64,000 bases of DNA from Eledone cirrhosa (lineage: Eukaryota): assembly GCA_964016885.1 (NCBI GenBank), contig OZ024754.1, positions 31,124,001 through 31,188,000 on the forward strand. Direction: 5' to 3'. Position 1 is the stretch's first letter; every line of letters begins with the position of its first letter. This document shows positions 12,739 to 28,127 of this stretch, piece by piece. The notes under the pieces are model-generated. The model was not told the origin of the DNA and made no database searches. It saw only the letters and a list, made by a program, of their open reading frames with translations. The position numbers and the translations under genes were made by a program.

Positions 12739-13079
12739 TTAAAGTACTTCATATCTAACACTAAATTCTCTCTAATCACAAGTAAAGTAATTTGTAAGTA
12801 ATGATAAACAAGGAGAAATTAAACATCTTTTGCCAGGGATCCTAATTCAAAACAGAAAGCTAGGAAAATAAGTGTATAAAATTGTAAGTAAAACAATATG
12901 TAAATAGAACTCTTTGTCAGCTTTGAATGTTACAGTTATTTAATCAATAAAACAGCTTAATACTGAAACTAACAGGCATGTGCCTGAGTATTCAACGAAT
13001 TTACATACCCATCACATAATTCTCAGGGAAATTCAGTATGACATAGAGTGTGGTATAACAGCAATTGTAGATAATATTA

Positions 13080-13270
13080 ATATCTGTTTCTACTTTTGGC
13101 ACAAAGCCAGCAATTATCGCAGTGTATTACTGGTACTTTATTTTATCAACCCCCGTAAGGATGAAAGGCAAAGTTAACCTCGGCGGGATTTGAAGTCAGA
13201 ATGGCAAGGGCCGTAACTCTATGCATCGAAGCATGGTGTCCGACCCTCTACCGATACTGCCAATCCACCA
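13080..13270 (-). mobile_element. SINE family B copy
   Basis: Reverse complement of family B. Confidence 0.85.
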
Positions 13271-13282
13271 TTGTCAAATCTG

Positions 13283-13755
13283 GTGACACTGAGTGACACT
13301 GAGCTATTGATACTGAGCTATTGATACTGAGCTAGTGACACTGAGCTATTGATACTGAGTTCCTACTCTACTACTGATATTGAACTAGTGATGCTGAGCT
13401 ACTGATATTTTAAGCTACCGATACTGAGCTAGTGACACTGAGCTCCTACTCTACTATTAATATTGAACTAGTGATGCTGAGCTACTGATATTAAGCTACT
13501 GATACTGAGCTTCTGATATTGAGCTACCAATACTCAGCTTAGTGATGATGAGCTGCTGATACTGAGCTACTACTCTACTACTGATATTGAACTAGTGATG
13601 CTGAGCTGCTGATACTGAGCTCCTACTCTACTACTGATATTGAACTAGTGATGCTGAGCCACTGATTTTGAGCTACCAATACTGAGCTACTACTAATTCT
13701 GAACTAATGATTGTGAAATACTGATAGTCAACTACCACTGATTCTGAGCTATTAA
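13283..13755. repeat. Degenerate 14-bp tandem repeat (CTGATACTGAGCTA)
   Basis: Recurrent GATACTGAGCTA units with higher-order blocks. Confidence 0.8.
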
Positions 13756-13984
13756 TGGTGGGGCATGGAGGGTGAAGTACTGATGGGAAGCTACTGTTGG
13801 TATTTAGCGATGTCTAATAATGAACATGAAAAATCAAATAATGAATGATTTTTTTTATCTTGATAACTGATGACTTTGTTAATTTTAATGTAAAATAACC
13901 TAAAATAATGTGATCTAAAAATATATATTTAATATAGATACAACTGTGTGTCTGTATATTTAATATATATCTCCCAATGTACAA

Positions 13985-14475
13985 AAGGACAGCTGTATGT
14001 GAAGTGTGATGCTGCATGGTAGTGAAACATGGGAAGTGGCTGCAGAAGACATGCATAGACTCGAGAGAAATGAAGCAGCTATGCTTCAATAGATATGCAA
14101 TGTTAATGTGAGAGAAAGGGAGAGCCTGGATGAAATGAGAGAGAAACTGGTTTTAAGAGGAATCAGAAGGTGGTGTGCAGGAGAGAAGACTGCATTGGTA
14201 TGGATATGTGACGTGCACTGAGTATTGATTGTTCAGTGAAGAGGTGCCAGGAAATGCCAGTGGATAGAAGCCACAGTAGAGGTAGATAGAGAAAGACCTG
14301 GGCAGAGGTGGTGAAAGCAGACCTCAAATAACTGAGACTCACGGAGAAGATGACAAAGAAATGCAATGAGTGGAGAAATGTTGTGCTGAGAAGGATTCGT
14401 CTAATCCATGCAAGCTGGAAAAACAGATGTAAAAATTATGATGAAAATGACGATGATGATGATGATGATGATGAT
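13985..14475 (+). mobile_element. Old RTE LINE 3' fragment
   Basis: Diverged homologue of 57300-57790 (CATGGTAGTGAAACATGGG, GAGAGAAGACTGCATTGGTATGGA), with tail and (GAT)n. Confidence 0.8.
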
Positions 14476-16250
14476 TATATATGTGTCTGTATATTTAATA
14501 CAGATAAAACTGTGTGTGTCTATTCTTAGTCAAGGTACCACTTTCCAAGTTATATTGCCATAAAGAACAACGACTGTATTTTTTATCTCAAACAAGGAAA
14601 AAAAAATATGGCATGGACATTTTATGGTTTCTGTCAATCACCAAATAAAGTTCTTTGCAGTAACCAACATTTTTTTTTTTTTTAAATCATGAGATAATAA
14701 ATAGCAAAAACAAATTTAACTGGAATAAAATAAAATGAAATGAAATTATATAAAATAAATAATATGAAGAAAGCAAAGATAAATAAATATATAAATATAA
14801 ATATATAAATATATATATAAATATATAAATGTATAAATATATATATAAATATATAAATGTATAAATATATATATAAATATATAAATATATAAATATACAA
14901 ATATATATATAAATATGTAAATATATATAAATATATAAATATAAACAAATCTATAAATATATAAATAAATAAATAAATAAATAAATACATACATAAATAA
15001 TTATATAAATTTATAAATATATATATAAATATATAAATATATAAATATACAAATTTATAAATATATATATATCTGAATAAATACAAGATATTGTCATCAT
15101 TTTTCTGATTCGTCTTCTGCTTCTAAATTTATTCTTTCAGAAAATTATTACAGATAAAAGTGAAGTGGAATTGTAAAAATGGACGCTTTAACATGAAGGT
15201 TATGACAGAGGCATGAGCAGATGAAAGACAAATGGTTTTGAGGAGAAGAAAATAAAAAAAAATGGAACTGAAAATATCTTTGAAGTAAATGATAGAAAGT
15301 GTTCAAGGATTATGGCAGATCTTGTATTGTTTTGGGGGCTGTTTTTGTTTATATATATATATATTTTTTTTTCTATTTCTTAAATTAAATGATTCTTCAC
15401 CGTTAGCAATGCAGTAGAGTTTCTGGTGTTTACTGAAGAAATATTTATATAAGATAACAAATAGGTACTGTCAAGGCAGTGTGGTTAAAGAGTTCAGCTT
15501 TGTAACCAACTGATTCAGGGTTCAATTCTTTTGCATGCCACCTAAGGTAAGTGTCTTCTACTATAACCACACATTAACCAATGTCTTTATCATCATTAAA
15601 TGTCCATTTTCCCATGACAGTATAGGTTAGATGGGTCATCACAGAACAAGTCAACACTCAATTTGAGCAACTGTCCCCACAAATGGATTGCTAGTCACAT
15701 CTCTTTAGGCTTACAGCATTAAGGCTGTTTCCAGTCATTGATTAAACTAAAGAACCCTCTCTACACTAGTGAGAGGGGAGTGGGGAATCTGCTATAAATA
15801 ACAACTAATTGGTAAAGGGATGATAAGTATAGCATCAGATACAATGCATTCTGAGTTCAAATCCCACTGAGATCAACATTCAGCCTTCTAGAGTTGATGT
15901 TATTTTCATAAGTCCCTTGAAATCCTTCTTTATTATTTTGAAAACTATGAGAAAACAATAGACAATGTGGTTGACTAAAAATCTGCTAATGAAAGGGTTA
16001 AGCAATATTTCTAAGAATATGTCTTCAAATGCAGCTGCTATGTCTTCAGTTATTATTGTGTTCTTTAATTATTGAAATTCTTCTCTTTCAGCACTTTCCA
16101 AACCTCTTGGCTATTTACCAGACAATACATATGACAATTCTTGTCTGTGTGTGTGGGGGGGGGGGTTACGTGTGTGTGGGGGGGGGTTACGTGTGTGTGG
16201 GGGAGGAACGTGTGTGTGGGGAGGAACATGTGTGTATGTGTATATATATA

Positions 16251-16288
<38 letters not shown>

Positions 16289-16339
16289 TACATATATATC
16301 ATCATCATCTTCGTTTCATGTCCATTTTCCACGCTACCA

Positions 16340-16494
<155 letters not shown>

Positions 16495-17059
16495 AATGTT
16501 GTCTCGAAAATCAAGATGGAGTGTGGGTGTATTAGAATTCATAGAATAATGAGAAAAACTCAATGCAAGAATAGCTGTAAAACACCAAAATGCCATCAAT
16601 GACAGCATCAGGTAAAATTACCTCAAAGGACAGAAATCAGTGACTAGAAGTGTGTTGGCCTGCAAAAATGATAGGAAGAAAATGAACAAGACTAGATCAC
16701 ACACATCTTTTGAACCCTTCAGCTCTCATACCAGCTGTGGTTTCGCACAATTTAAATTGAGAGTACCACATAAAACTGCTGGCTCATGCGACAGAAAAAT
16801 AAATAATTCTGTTAGCATGATAAAATGAACAGATTAGATAGAGAAACAGACAAATCGGAAAGAGAGAGAGAAGAAATTCATCCTATCGGTACTATTATTG
16901 CTTCACTATAATTATTATTTTTGCAAATTAGAGCATCGGACAAAATGCTTTGGAGCATAGAGTTATGGCCCTTTGCATTCTGATTTCAAATCCCACTGAG
17001 GTTAACTTTGCTTTTCATCTTTATGGGGTCAATAAAATAAAGCATCAGTAAAACACCAG

Positions 17060-17195
17060 ATGTTGATGATGAGAACAATGAAGATGAGAATGTCGATGAC
17101 AATGACAATGATGATTACGATGATGACGATGAAGATGATGACGATGACGATGACGATGATGATGATGATGATGACGATGATGATGATGATGACGA

Positions 17196-17226
<31 letters not shown>

Positions 17227-17327
17227 GATGACGATGATGGTGACGATGATGATGATGATGATGATGATGAAGATGATGATGGTGATGATGATGATGGTAA
17301 TGACACTGATGATGGTGATGATGGATG
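17060..17327. repeat. (GAT)n microsatellite
   Basis: Seen directly in the sequence. Confidence 0.95.
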
Positions 17328-17444
17328 TAAACTATATCTTGCATCAAATATATTTCTCTTTGCCTTGGGAACAATACAACTAATTAATCTGCTGCACTAT
17401 ATCTGGACTACATGGATATATCATGCAACATATACTGCAATATC

Positions 17445-18204
17445 TTGTGATGTGTTGTGAGGTGTTGTGATGTGTCGTTGTGTGTTGTGATGTGTTGTGG
17501 TATGTTGTGATGTGTTGTGATATGTTGTGATGTGTTGTGATGTGTTGTGATGTGTTGTGATGTGTTGTGATGTGTTGTGATGTATTGTGATGTGTTGTGA
17601 TGTGTTGTGATGTGTTGCGATGTGTTGTGATGTGTTGTAATGTGGTGTGGTGTGTTGTGATGTATTGTGATAGGTTTTGATGTGTTGTGATGTGTTGTAA
17701 TGTGGTGTGGTGTGTTGTGATGTGTTGTGATGTGTTGTCACAGGTTGTGATGTGTTGTGATGTGTTGTGATGTGTTGTGATATGTTGTGATGTGTTGTGA
17801 TGTGTTGTGATGTGTTGTAATGTGTTGTGATGTGTTGTGGTGTGTTGTGATTTGTTGTCACAGGTTGTGATGTGTTGTGATATGTTACGATATGTTGCGA
17901 TATGTTGTGATGTGTTGTGATGTATTGTGATGTATTGTGATGTGTTGTCACAGGCTGTGATGTGTTGTGATGTGCTGTGATGTGTTGTGATATGTTGCGA
18001 TATGTTGTGATGTATTGTGATGTGTTGTGATGTGTTGTGATAGGTTGTGATGTGCTGTGATGTGTTGTGAGAGGTTGTGATGTGCTGTGATGTGTTGTGA
18101 TGTGTTGTGGTGTGTTGCGATGTGTTGTCACAGGTTGTGATGTGTTGTAATGTGTTGTGAGAGGTTGTGATGTGTTGTAATGTGTTGTAATGTGTTGTAA
18201 TGTT
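17445..18204. repeat. (TGTGATGTGT)n 5/10-bp microsatellite
   Basis: Seen directly in the sequence. Confidence 0.95.
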
Positions 18205-18489
18205 CACTTTATTAGCTGTGTATTTCCTCCATGCTCTCTGTTACTAAACTAGAAGTAAACAGAGAGATGAGAGTTACAGTGATTAAAAGCTGATACATTG
18301 ATAATAGCTCCGAGGTCAAAGTAGATGGTTGCAGAAGCAAAACAAGACTTTCCAGAAGATCTATGGCTTTGCTGCAGAAGATAAGATTTTCAGAGATTGT
18401 TGCAGAGAAGTTTAATTCTAATGGAGGTTATTTTACATTTTACATAGTAGTTTCCCACTGTTTCACCTGAAATATTAACAAACAAATAT

Positions 18490-18721
18490 TATCATCATCA
18501 TCAACATCAACATCATCATCATCCTCATCATCATCATTCTCATCCTCTTCATTATCATCAACATCAACATTATCATTGTCACCTCATCATTATCCTCATC
18601 ATCATCATTGTCGTCGTCACATTGTCATCATGATCATCATCATGATCATCATCATCACGTTGTCCTCATCATCATCATTATCGTCACATTGTCCTCATCA
18701 TCATCATCATCATCACATTGC

Positions 18722-18762
<41 letters not shown>

Positions 18763-19119
18763 CATTCTCATCATCATCATCATCATCATCACATTGTCAT
18801 CACCATCATCATCATCGTCACATTGTCGTCATCATCATCATCATCATCACATTGCCGTCATCATCATCATCATCATCATCGTCACATTCTCATCATCATC
18901 ATCATCATCATCATCGTCGCATTGTCATCATCATCATCATCATCATCATCACGTTGTCCTCCTCATCATCATCATCGTCACATTGCCATCATCATCATCA
19001 TCATCATCACATTCTCATCATCACCATCATCATCATCACATTGTCATCATAATCATCATCATCATCATCATCATCATCGTCACATTGTCATCATCATCAT
19101 CATCATCATCATCACATTG

Positions 19120-19151
<32 letters not shown>

Positions 19152-19215
19152 GTCACATTGTCGTCATCATCATCATCATCACATTCTCATCATCACCATC
19201 ATCATCATCACATTG

Positions 19216-19247
<32 letters not shown>

Positions 19248-19282
19248 GTCACATTGTCGTCATCATCATCATCATCACATTG

Positions 19283-19317
<35 letters not shown>

Positions 19318-19368
19318 GTCACATTCTCATCATCACCATCATCATCATCATCATCACATTGTCATCAC

Positions 19369-19402
<34 letters not shown>

Positions 19403-19626
19403 GTCACATTGTCACCATCCTCATCATCGTCACATTGTCATCATCATCATCATCATTATCATCCTCATCGTCACATTGTCGTCATGATCATCATCATCAT
19501 CATCATCATCATCATCGTCACATTGTCACCATCCTCATCATCGTCACATTGTCATCATCATCATCATCATCATCATCCTCATCGTCACATTGTCATCATC
19601 GTCACATTGTCATCATCGTAACACTG

Positions 19627-19661
<35 letters not shown>

Positions 19662-19730
19662 GTCACATTGTCATCATCATCATCATCATCATCCTCATCG
19701 TCACATTGTCATCATTGTCATCCGCATCAT
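18490..19730. repeat. (CAT)n tract punctuated by GTCACATTGT
   Basis: Seen directly in the sequence. Confidence 0.95.
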
Positions 19731-19934
19731 GAATTAGCAAATGAAATGACAACAACCATAAAGAAAGAAGGAACACAGTGAAATTTATATGAAATACTGA
19801 CAGAGCCCAGTTGTCACCTGAAGATGTCCACAGTGAAGCTTGTGTCTCACAAAAATGAATTCAGTTTAAATATACAATGTACTATTGATATGTTGTTTGA
19901 CAAACATATATATCAACATTAGACACAAATATCT

Positions 19935-20012
<78 letters not shown>

Positions 20013-20166
20013 CAGAAGATCCCGTTAAGGGTGAAAGCAGCGATTCTTTGCTTAAACTTTAATCTGTTATTTTAATAAATATTTGCTCTACGGTTCTTAT
20101 ATATTTGATATATATTTATCCTTATGGAGCCCCTCTTTGGATTTTAGTCTTCAAATGTATTATTAT

Positions 20167-20199
<33 letters not shown>

Positions 20200-20342
20200 A
20201 CACACAAAAACAAAATGGTGTAGGACTGAACAAAGGAGAGACACAGAAAATAAAAACTAAGTCACTGAGCAGGTCACAGAATGTGTGTCGAAAGAGCTTT
20301 GACAAAATATAAACAACCTTCCGGTTATCAAACCAACCAACT

Positions 20343-20423
<81 letters not shown>

Positions 20424-20721
20424 AATATCTTTAAGTCGTTTGGAAGCCTCGACAATGCAAATGGGTAAATCTTCGGGTAACAAGGTCCGGTGGTGGGTGT
20501 ACGTTGAGATGCGTGGTGTGTATAAGATGTGTGAGATATGTAGAATGAAGAGTATAAAGGATAGAATAAAAATAACAACACAAGAGAGAATTACCTTGGG
20601 AGAGATTTAATAGTCCCTATATATTTCGGATTCACATCCATCAACTGGGGGTTTTTTCCGGGGCGTGGGAAAAGGTTGTCTGTCGGACAGGTCCGGAATG
20701 CGTCCTTCGCTGTTTGTTGTT

Positions 20722-20763
<42 letters not shown>

Positions 20764-20798
20764 CAAGCCCAATGCTCTAACCACTAAGCCATGTGCCT

Positions 20799-20854
<56 letters not shown>

Positions 20855-21001
20855 GTTAAAATACTGGAGCGTGTTGGAGTTAAACACCCTCTTCGTATTA
20901 TAGAAATGACAGTAAAAGGTATAGCACAATGTAATTAAACAGAGCCGAAGAATTATGAAAGTAAAACAAAGAAGCCTTCAATACATCAAAAGTCTTTATT
21001 A

Positions 21002-21039
21002 GCCAACCATGTTTCGTCCTATTAAGGACTCATCAGGGC
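21002..21039 (-). ncRNA. Minimal type I hammerhead ribozyme
   Basis: Minus strand: GCC-CTGATGA-GTCCT-TAAT-AGGAC-GAAA-C-ATG-G-TT-GGC then TAATAAA. Canonical core, perfect 5-bp stem II, minimal stem III, GUU site. Confidence 0.8.
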
Positions 21040-22757
21040 AATTAAAACAACAAGAAGTATTATCGGCCAATACAAGCCGAAAACTCCGAAGAATATGGAG
21101 TGTACATACACTAAAGTATTGCAAGATTATGGGTAAAAATATATAATAAAAATCACTAAGGAGGTGTATAACATTTAGAACCATATTACAAATATAGTCC
21201 AAAGTAAAAAACCTAGAGCTAAACAAAGGTGGTTATATAGAGCGGGAATTATATATAATACAATATAATATAATATACCTTTACCAATATTAAAATTACA
21301 ATAAAAATTAAAAGGTACAATATACATATGTATATATGTACGCACACGTACGCACACATACACATACATCAATACACATATCCATCTTCAACAGCACAAA
21401 TTAAACCTTATTAAGAGTTTAAACATAAATAAGCATGATAGGAATAAAAATAATAATAATAATAATAATACGTATATCTAATATACATGAGGTAATAATA
21501 TGATATGATTATAAGTATAAGTAGCACATATAATATATAATAAACTATACAATTATATACTATATAATATAATATAATAGATAATCTCCGGTTAATTTAC
21601 ACAAACAATATAGGTGTCACAATAATACTATAATAATAATATAATAACATATATAATATACAATATATAATGGCATGCAAGTTAACAAATCAATTCATAT
21701 AGAGTTACAGAGTAGGTGAGGAAAAAATATATAAATTTATACAATACCCAAAATTATGATGGTACAAAAATATAAACATCTTACATGATATATAAAGTTT
21801 AACATATCACAATGGTACATATAATCAACGGTAAGTAATAAGGATCGATAGTACAATAACAAATACAATATAAAATAATTAACATAATATAATATATAAT
21901 TACTTATAATTACAAGGTTGGTAAACAGACATATATGTGGATGAGTGAGTAAGGGCCAGACAGTAAATAGAATGCACAGTAGTATTAATAAATAAATAAA
22001 AATAGAATCAACCGGAAATTAAAAAGCAAAAACAAAAATAAAAATAAAAATAAAAATAAAAATAAAAATAAAAATAAAAATAAAAATAAAAATAAAAATA
22101 AAAATAAAAATAAAAATAAAAAACAAAAATATATACTTAGGTCTCACATGCAGTTAAGTAAAAACTTAGGAAACAACCCCGGTAAATGACTCGAAAACCC
22201 TATTTGATAAATTAATATTAAAAATATTTAAAATATCTAATAAGGCAATACAATATTAGCTATGGTTTAAGTAATCAAAATTTATAAACGTGAATATTTC
22301 ACTACAAATACATATATAAAGGAATGAAATTTTCTACTATCTTTTACATAACGATATCTAAAAAACTGACTTAAGCAGAATTATGGTAGGCTAATAGGGA
22401 CAGAAAAAAAGAAATGTATGACGATACAAAGGAGCATAAAATCATAGTCAATATACTATATTAAATAATAGAAAGGAGCGTAAAATATAATCATAATCTA
22501 TTTGGACGGGTTGACAATAAGTTTATGTGCGCATGGGGGGGGGGGATATATATATATATATATATATATATTAGGTATAGGATTATCCAAGATGTAGTAA
22601 TGATTAATTACCACACTGGATATGGTTGACGTACAGTAAGAGGTTACTCTACGAGTTATGGAAGAATTGTTGAAGAAACTTAGTTCCTGATCCTTCAGTA
22701 TTCCGGAGTGTATATAAAGAATGAATAATAACAGGTAGACATCATAAAAAGGTAATT

Positions 22758-23502
<745 letters not shown>

Positions 23503-23637
23503 TAAATGTATATCAAAATACATTATTTTGATCTTATTACACCAGAAACAGCTCTATGAATATAAGGGCTAAAAACCAAATTTTTAGAGCTTCATTTACA
23601 AAAATTATGACGGGATTATACCTATCTCTCTCTCTCT

Positions 23638-23693
<56 letters not shown>

Positions 23694-23727
23694 GTGTGTG
23701 TGTATGTATACATACATATATATATAT

Positions 23728-24085
23728 ATCATCATCATCATCGTTTAACGTCTATCTTCCACGCTAGCATGGGTTAGATGGAAGTTGTCCCACTTGAGGC
23801 AAGGCTGGTCGGGTGACCGTGTCTCGCTCGTATAGGACTATCTGGCAGTTTTCTACGGCTGGATGCCCTTCCTAACACCAACCACATTTACAGTGTGGAC
23901 TGGGAGGTTTTTACCATGTTACCTACATGGCCCCATTACAGCGTGGACTGTGTGTTTTTTTTATTGTGACATCTACATGACCTCATTAGTTTGGACTGGA
24001 TGTTGTGGTACCACCATAACTTTACAGAGAAAGGGTGGTGTTGGTGGGAGTGGGAGGATGGAGTAGGGTAGTGGGTTGGGGTGTA
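23728..24085 (-). mobile_element. Family C non-autonomous RTE-related element
   Basis: Reverse-complement homologue of 4350-4796. Confidence 0.7.
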
Positions 24086-24135
24086 TATCTGGTTAAGAGG
24101 TGCCTACTGACTGTATATATATATATATATATACA

Positions 24136-24813
24136 TGCCCTAAAACTCAGTACCCAGGACCTTAGACACCCTAAAGTAAATCAACCGAAACTAAAAGCTC
24201 TTCCATACATCTCCACACACAACCCCCTCAACAATGAGGCCTTTGACACCATCCTCCAGAACATCCCTGTGTTGAAAAAGGACCATAGAATGAACCAAAT
24301 CCTACGAACACACGATATCATAAAGAGCAAAAGACAATCTAAGTCAATGAGAAACATCCTAACACATGCCAAAGTACTGCCAACCACAACAACGAAACCC
24401 ACAGTAAAAAAAAATGCGATAGACCCAACTGTGGCATATGCATCAACCTAATAGAGGGTTAGGAATTCTATTTCAAAGAAGGACAACGTTTTATAGTAAA
24501 ACACAATTTCACATGCGCATCAGAAAATCTAATATATGTATTAACTTGCTCAGGTTGTCGAGAACAATACATAGGCCAGACCAAAAACAGCCTCCGCCAA
24601 CGCATGACTGTCCATAGATCCCAAATTAAAATACGGGAATACAGGAAAATACCACTGAGTGAACACATTGATACCTGTGCCGCCCAAAATCATCCCAACT
24701 TCAGAATCTTTCCCCTCTACAAATTTAAAGATAATGCCACCCACACCCAGCGCATCAGCAAGGAATCTTACTTTATTAACAAATACGGACCCTGTCTAAA
24801 CACTTCTCCCTAA
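24136..24813 (+). pseudogene. PLE ORF C-terminus (Neptune-like Cys linker plus GIY-YIG), frameshifted with a stop
   Basis: LPYISTHNP and IIKSKRQSKSMRNILT, then a shift at the A-run near 24410, then CDRPNCGIC, FTCASENLIYVLTCSGCREQYIGQTKNSLRQRMTVH, KESYFINKYGPCLN. Confidence 0.85.
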
Positions 24814-25303
24814 GACGAACCCACAACATACACACGTCAACATACATACCTACATCAGCATACATCTCTATCCACATATAAACACAATGACATACGTAAA
24901 CATACATGTTCTATGGTGCAACACAAATATACACAAATTTGCATACCTTTTGATGTCTATAGATATAAACGTGTCGACACACACACATACATATACGCAC
25001 ACATGCATTGCACACTGATGGGTACATACATATTTGTACACAAGTATTCCAATACGGCAAGGCCTAATGGATGCAGTACGTACAATCTGGACACTCACAC
25101 ACACCTTGGTATTATGCCAATACTATATATCATTTCACACCTTTTATTATTAAGGTTTTTGATGTTCTATTGAGAGAATCATTTTTACGGAAAATATCGA
25201 ATAATGTACACCATTTTTACCAGTATCACAAAAATACTGGTCCCCCCCCCCCCCCACACACATATATACACACATACACACGCGTACATTAACATACAAA
25301 GAG

Positions 25304-25335
<32 letters not shown>

Positions 25336-25443
25336 TTCTCCGTATAAGACAAGAGCTGAAAAATATCTTTTAACATGTTAAAATATCCCCCCACACGTAC
25401 AGACACATTCCTACTGACCATCCCTCTACCACGAATTACTCTG

Positions 25444-25480
<37 letters not shown>

Positions 25481-26030
25481 TCTTAATAGGCATTTGAACT
25501 GTCAACAGGCTGTGGTTCTCACACACATCCCTGATGACCATTATTACAACAACGAACCTCTTTACTACTACTACACACACACACACACACATATTTGTCT
25601 TGAAAGACTTATTTTTCAGTGATTTCTCAATCAGCCGAGACAAACCTACATTTGGCGCAAAATCAATTTTTAACATTCACATGACCTCTACCGACCAATC
25701 AAAATTGTTTTGACCACAAGAATTTTTTCATACATCTGGAGCCACTTTTTTTTACATAAAACAGGTAGAATTTCCAAAACTAATCAGATTAGAGCAAACA
25801 TCACGGGGGCTCTATCTCAAAATTATTTTTGAAAAGCATTAGAAATGCGCAACCGGTAAAACTTAAAACCAAAACTGAATACTAACCAATACTATTACTA
25901 ATTTTTACTTATTCCTAATTAAACTATTTTCCACTGGGAACAATTTGTCAGCATTTTTTTTTCCTTTTACCAATATATCATAACTCGTGTGTTTCACCTC
26001 TATTCTTTTAAATATATATATATATGTATA

Positions 26031-26129
<99 letters not shown>

Positions 26130-26132
26130 GAG

Positions 26133-26413
26133 TCCCAGGTTCAATCAAGGGTAACCACTGTAAATATAGTACTCAATACATTAATAGAGTGTAAACATAA
26201 TGTTTAATATAAAAATATCTTTTACAGGACTAGAACTGTTTCATTCAAAAGAAATCATCAGGAAAGCCAACTGATGATTTCTTTTGAATGAAACGGTTCT
26301 AGTCCTGTAGAAACTATTTCTATATTAAACATAATGTTTACACTCTATTAATGTATTGAGTACCATATTTACAGTGGTTACCCCCCCCCCCCCCCACTAA
26401 TTTAACTGGGGGA
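26133..26413. repeat. Fold-back element with two back-to-back HHR cores
   Basis: Arms about 26149-26261 and 26271-26383, spacer GAAAGCCAA. Each arm starts at CTGATGA-T-TTC-TTTT-GAA-T-GAAA-C..TTCTA-GTC. A related remnant lies at 48700-48725. Confidence 0.8.
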
Positions 26414-26415
26414 TC

Positions 26416-26463
<48 letters not shown>

Positions 26464-26529
26464 CATGCTGTGAAGTGATTAGCATTAGGAAGGGTATTCA
26501 GCCATAGAAACCTTGCCAAAATATCAACA

Positions 26530-26567
<38 letters not shown>

Positions 26568-26835
26568 CATCATCATCATCATCATATATATATAGAGATA
26601 GATAGATAGATATATATATAGCATCAGCATCATCATCATCGTTTTACGTCCATTTTTTCCACGCTCGCATGGTATATATAAACATACACACACACATACA
26701 CACATATATTTTATTCCCCGAATAATATATATATATATATATACATACAAGGGCGGTGCCCCAGCATGGCCTTAGCCGGATGGCTGGAACAGGTAAAAGA
26801 GTAAAAGAATAATACATACATATATAAGTATATAT

Positions 26836-26882
<47 letters not shown>

Positions 26883-26922
26883 GATATTAAATAAATGGAA
26901 ACTATATTTATAAAACCATATT

Positions 26923-26988
26923 TATTTCATTATATATATTTCAGGGATATCATATTAAAAATATGGTATGCCTTCTTCAGACAAAATA
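26923..26988 (-). ncRNA. Type I hammerhead ribozyme (family H1)
   Basis: TATTTTGT-CTGAAGA-AGGCATACCATA..TATGATATCCCT-GAAA-TATATA-TA-ATGAAATA: 8-bp stem I with G-U pairs and palindromic stem III. Confidence 0.78.
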
Positions 26989-27258
26989 CAATATAAACAG
27001 TCTTATAAATAGATAGATTTGACATACCTTACAACTTCAACTTCCATTTAAAAAGTTGATTTGGTAGTGAAAAATGTTAGGGACAGTTATAAAAAGAAAG
27101 AAAGAAAAAAAGAAAGAAAGAAAAAAAGCGAAGAAAAAGAAGAAATGCATGCAACTAAATAGAGAGAGATAGATATAGAGAGATAGATAGAGAGAAGAAA
27201 TTCATGTAAAGAAACAGAGAGAGATAGATAGAGAGAGAAAAAACACAGAGGGAGATAG

Positions 27259-27294
<36 letters not shown>

Positions 27295-27829
27295 AAAAAT
27301 AGAGAGAGATAGATATAGATAGAGATAGAGAGAAAGAAAATAGGTAGTTGGGCACCAGTTGAATGACGTATCAATGATATATTTATTTATTTATTTAGTT
27401 CTAGTATTAAGGTAGAGAGAGATATATGTGGTTAGGAGAGAAAACAGCCGTTACATAGAGAGAAAAGAAAAATATCCAGAGATAAACGAGGCAGATTTAA
27501 AACATTATGTTTCATCAATGTAAAAATATCAATTCGCATGAATTAGGTATTATAATGTAAATATCAGTATTCATGAATGAGACACGTATCAATAATGTGT
27601 GAAAAATAATGATCATATGTCTAGTTTAAAATTCCTAGGTTTATATCAGAGCTGAGATAAAAAAAAAAAACGAGATAAAAAACTGAGATAAAAAACTTCA
27701 AAAAAAATTGAAATACATAAGTATATATGCACTTTCATGAAAAAAGAAAAAGAAAAAGAAATATATATATATATTTATATATTTATACAATATATTAACA
27801 AATGGAAACTATATTTATAAAACCATATT

Positions 27830-27895
27830 TATTTCATTATACATATTTCAAGGGCCACCAAGGCAAATTATGGTGCGCTTTCATCAGATAAAATA
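27830..27895 (-). ncRNA. Type I hammerhead ribozyme (family H1)
   Basis: TATTTTAT-CTGATGA-AAGCGCACCA..TGGTGGCCCTT-GAAA-TATGTA-TA-ATGAAATA. Confidence 0.78.
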
Positions 27896-28096
27896 TAATA
27901 TAGGTTAGTTTTATAAATAAATATTGACATACCCTGAAAAAATGCAACCATCTGGTTGTATATTTACTCCAATAATTTGTTGAGTGCTTTATATGAGTTA
28001 TAAAAATATTTTGCTTGTTGTATCCCAACAAATTAAATATAACCTCTACATATATATTTATATATATATATTTATATATATATATTTATATATATA

Positions 28097-28127
<31 letters not shown>

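Noticed and set aside
20010-20650. Further hammerhead candidates near 20012, 20260 and 20615 (minus)
   Set aside because: Cores are mutated (CAGAAGA, CTGAGCA, CAGTTGA). Probably decayed HHRs, but not supportable as features.
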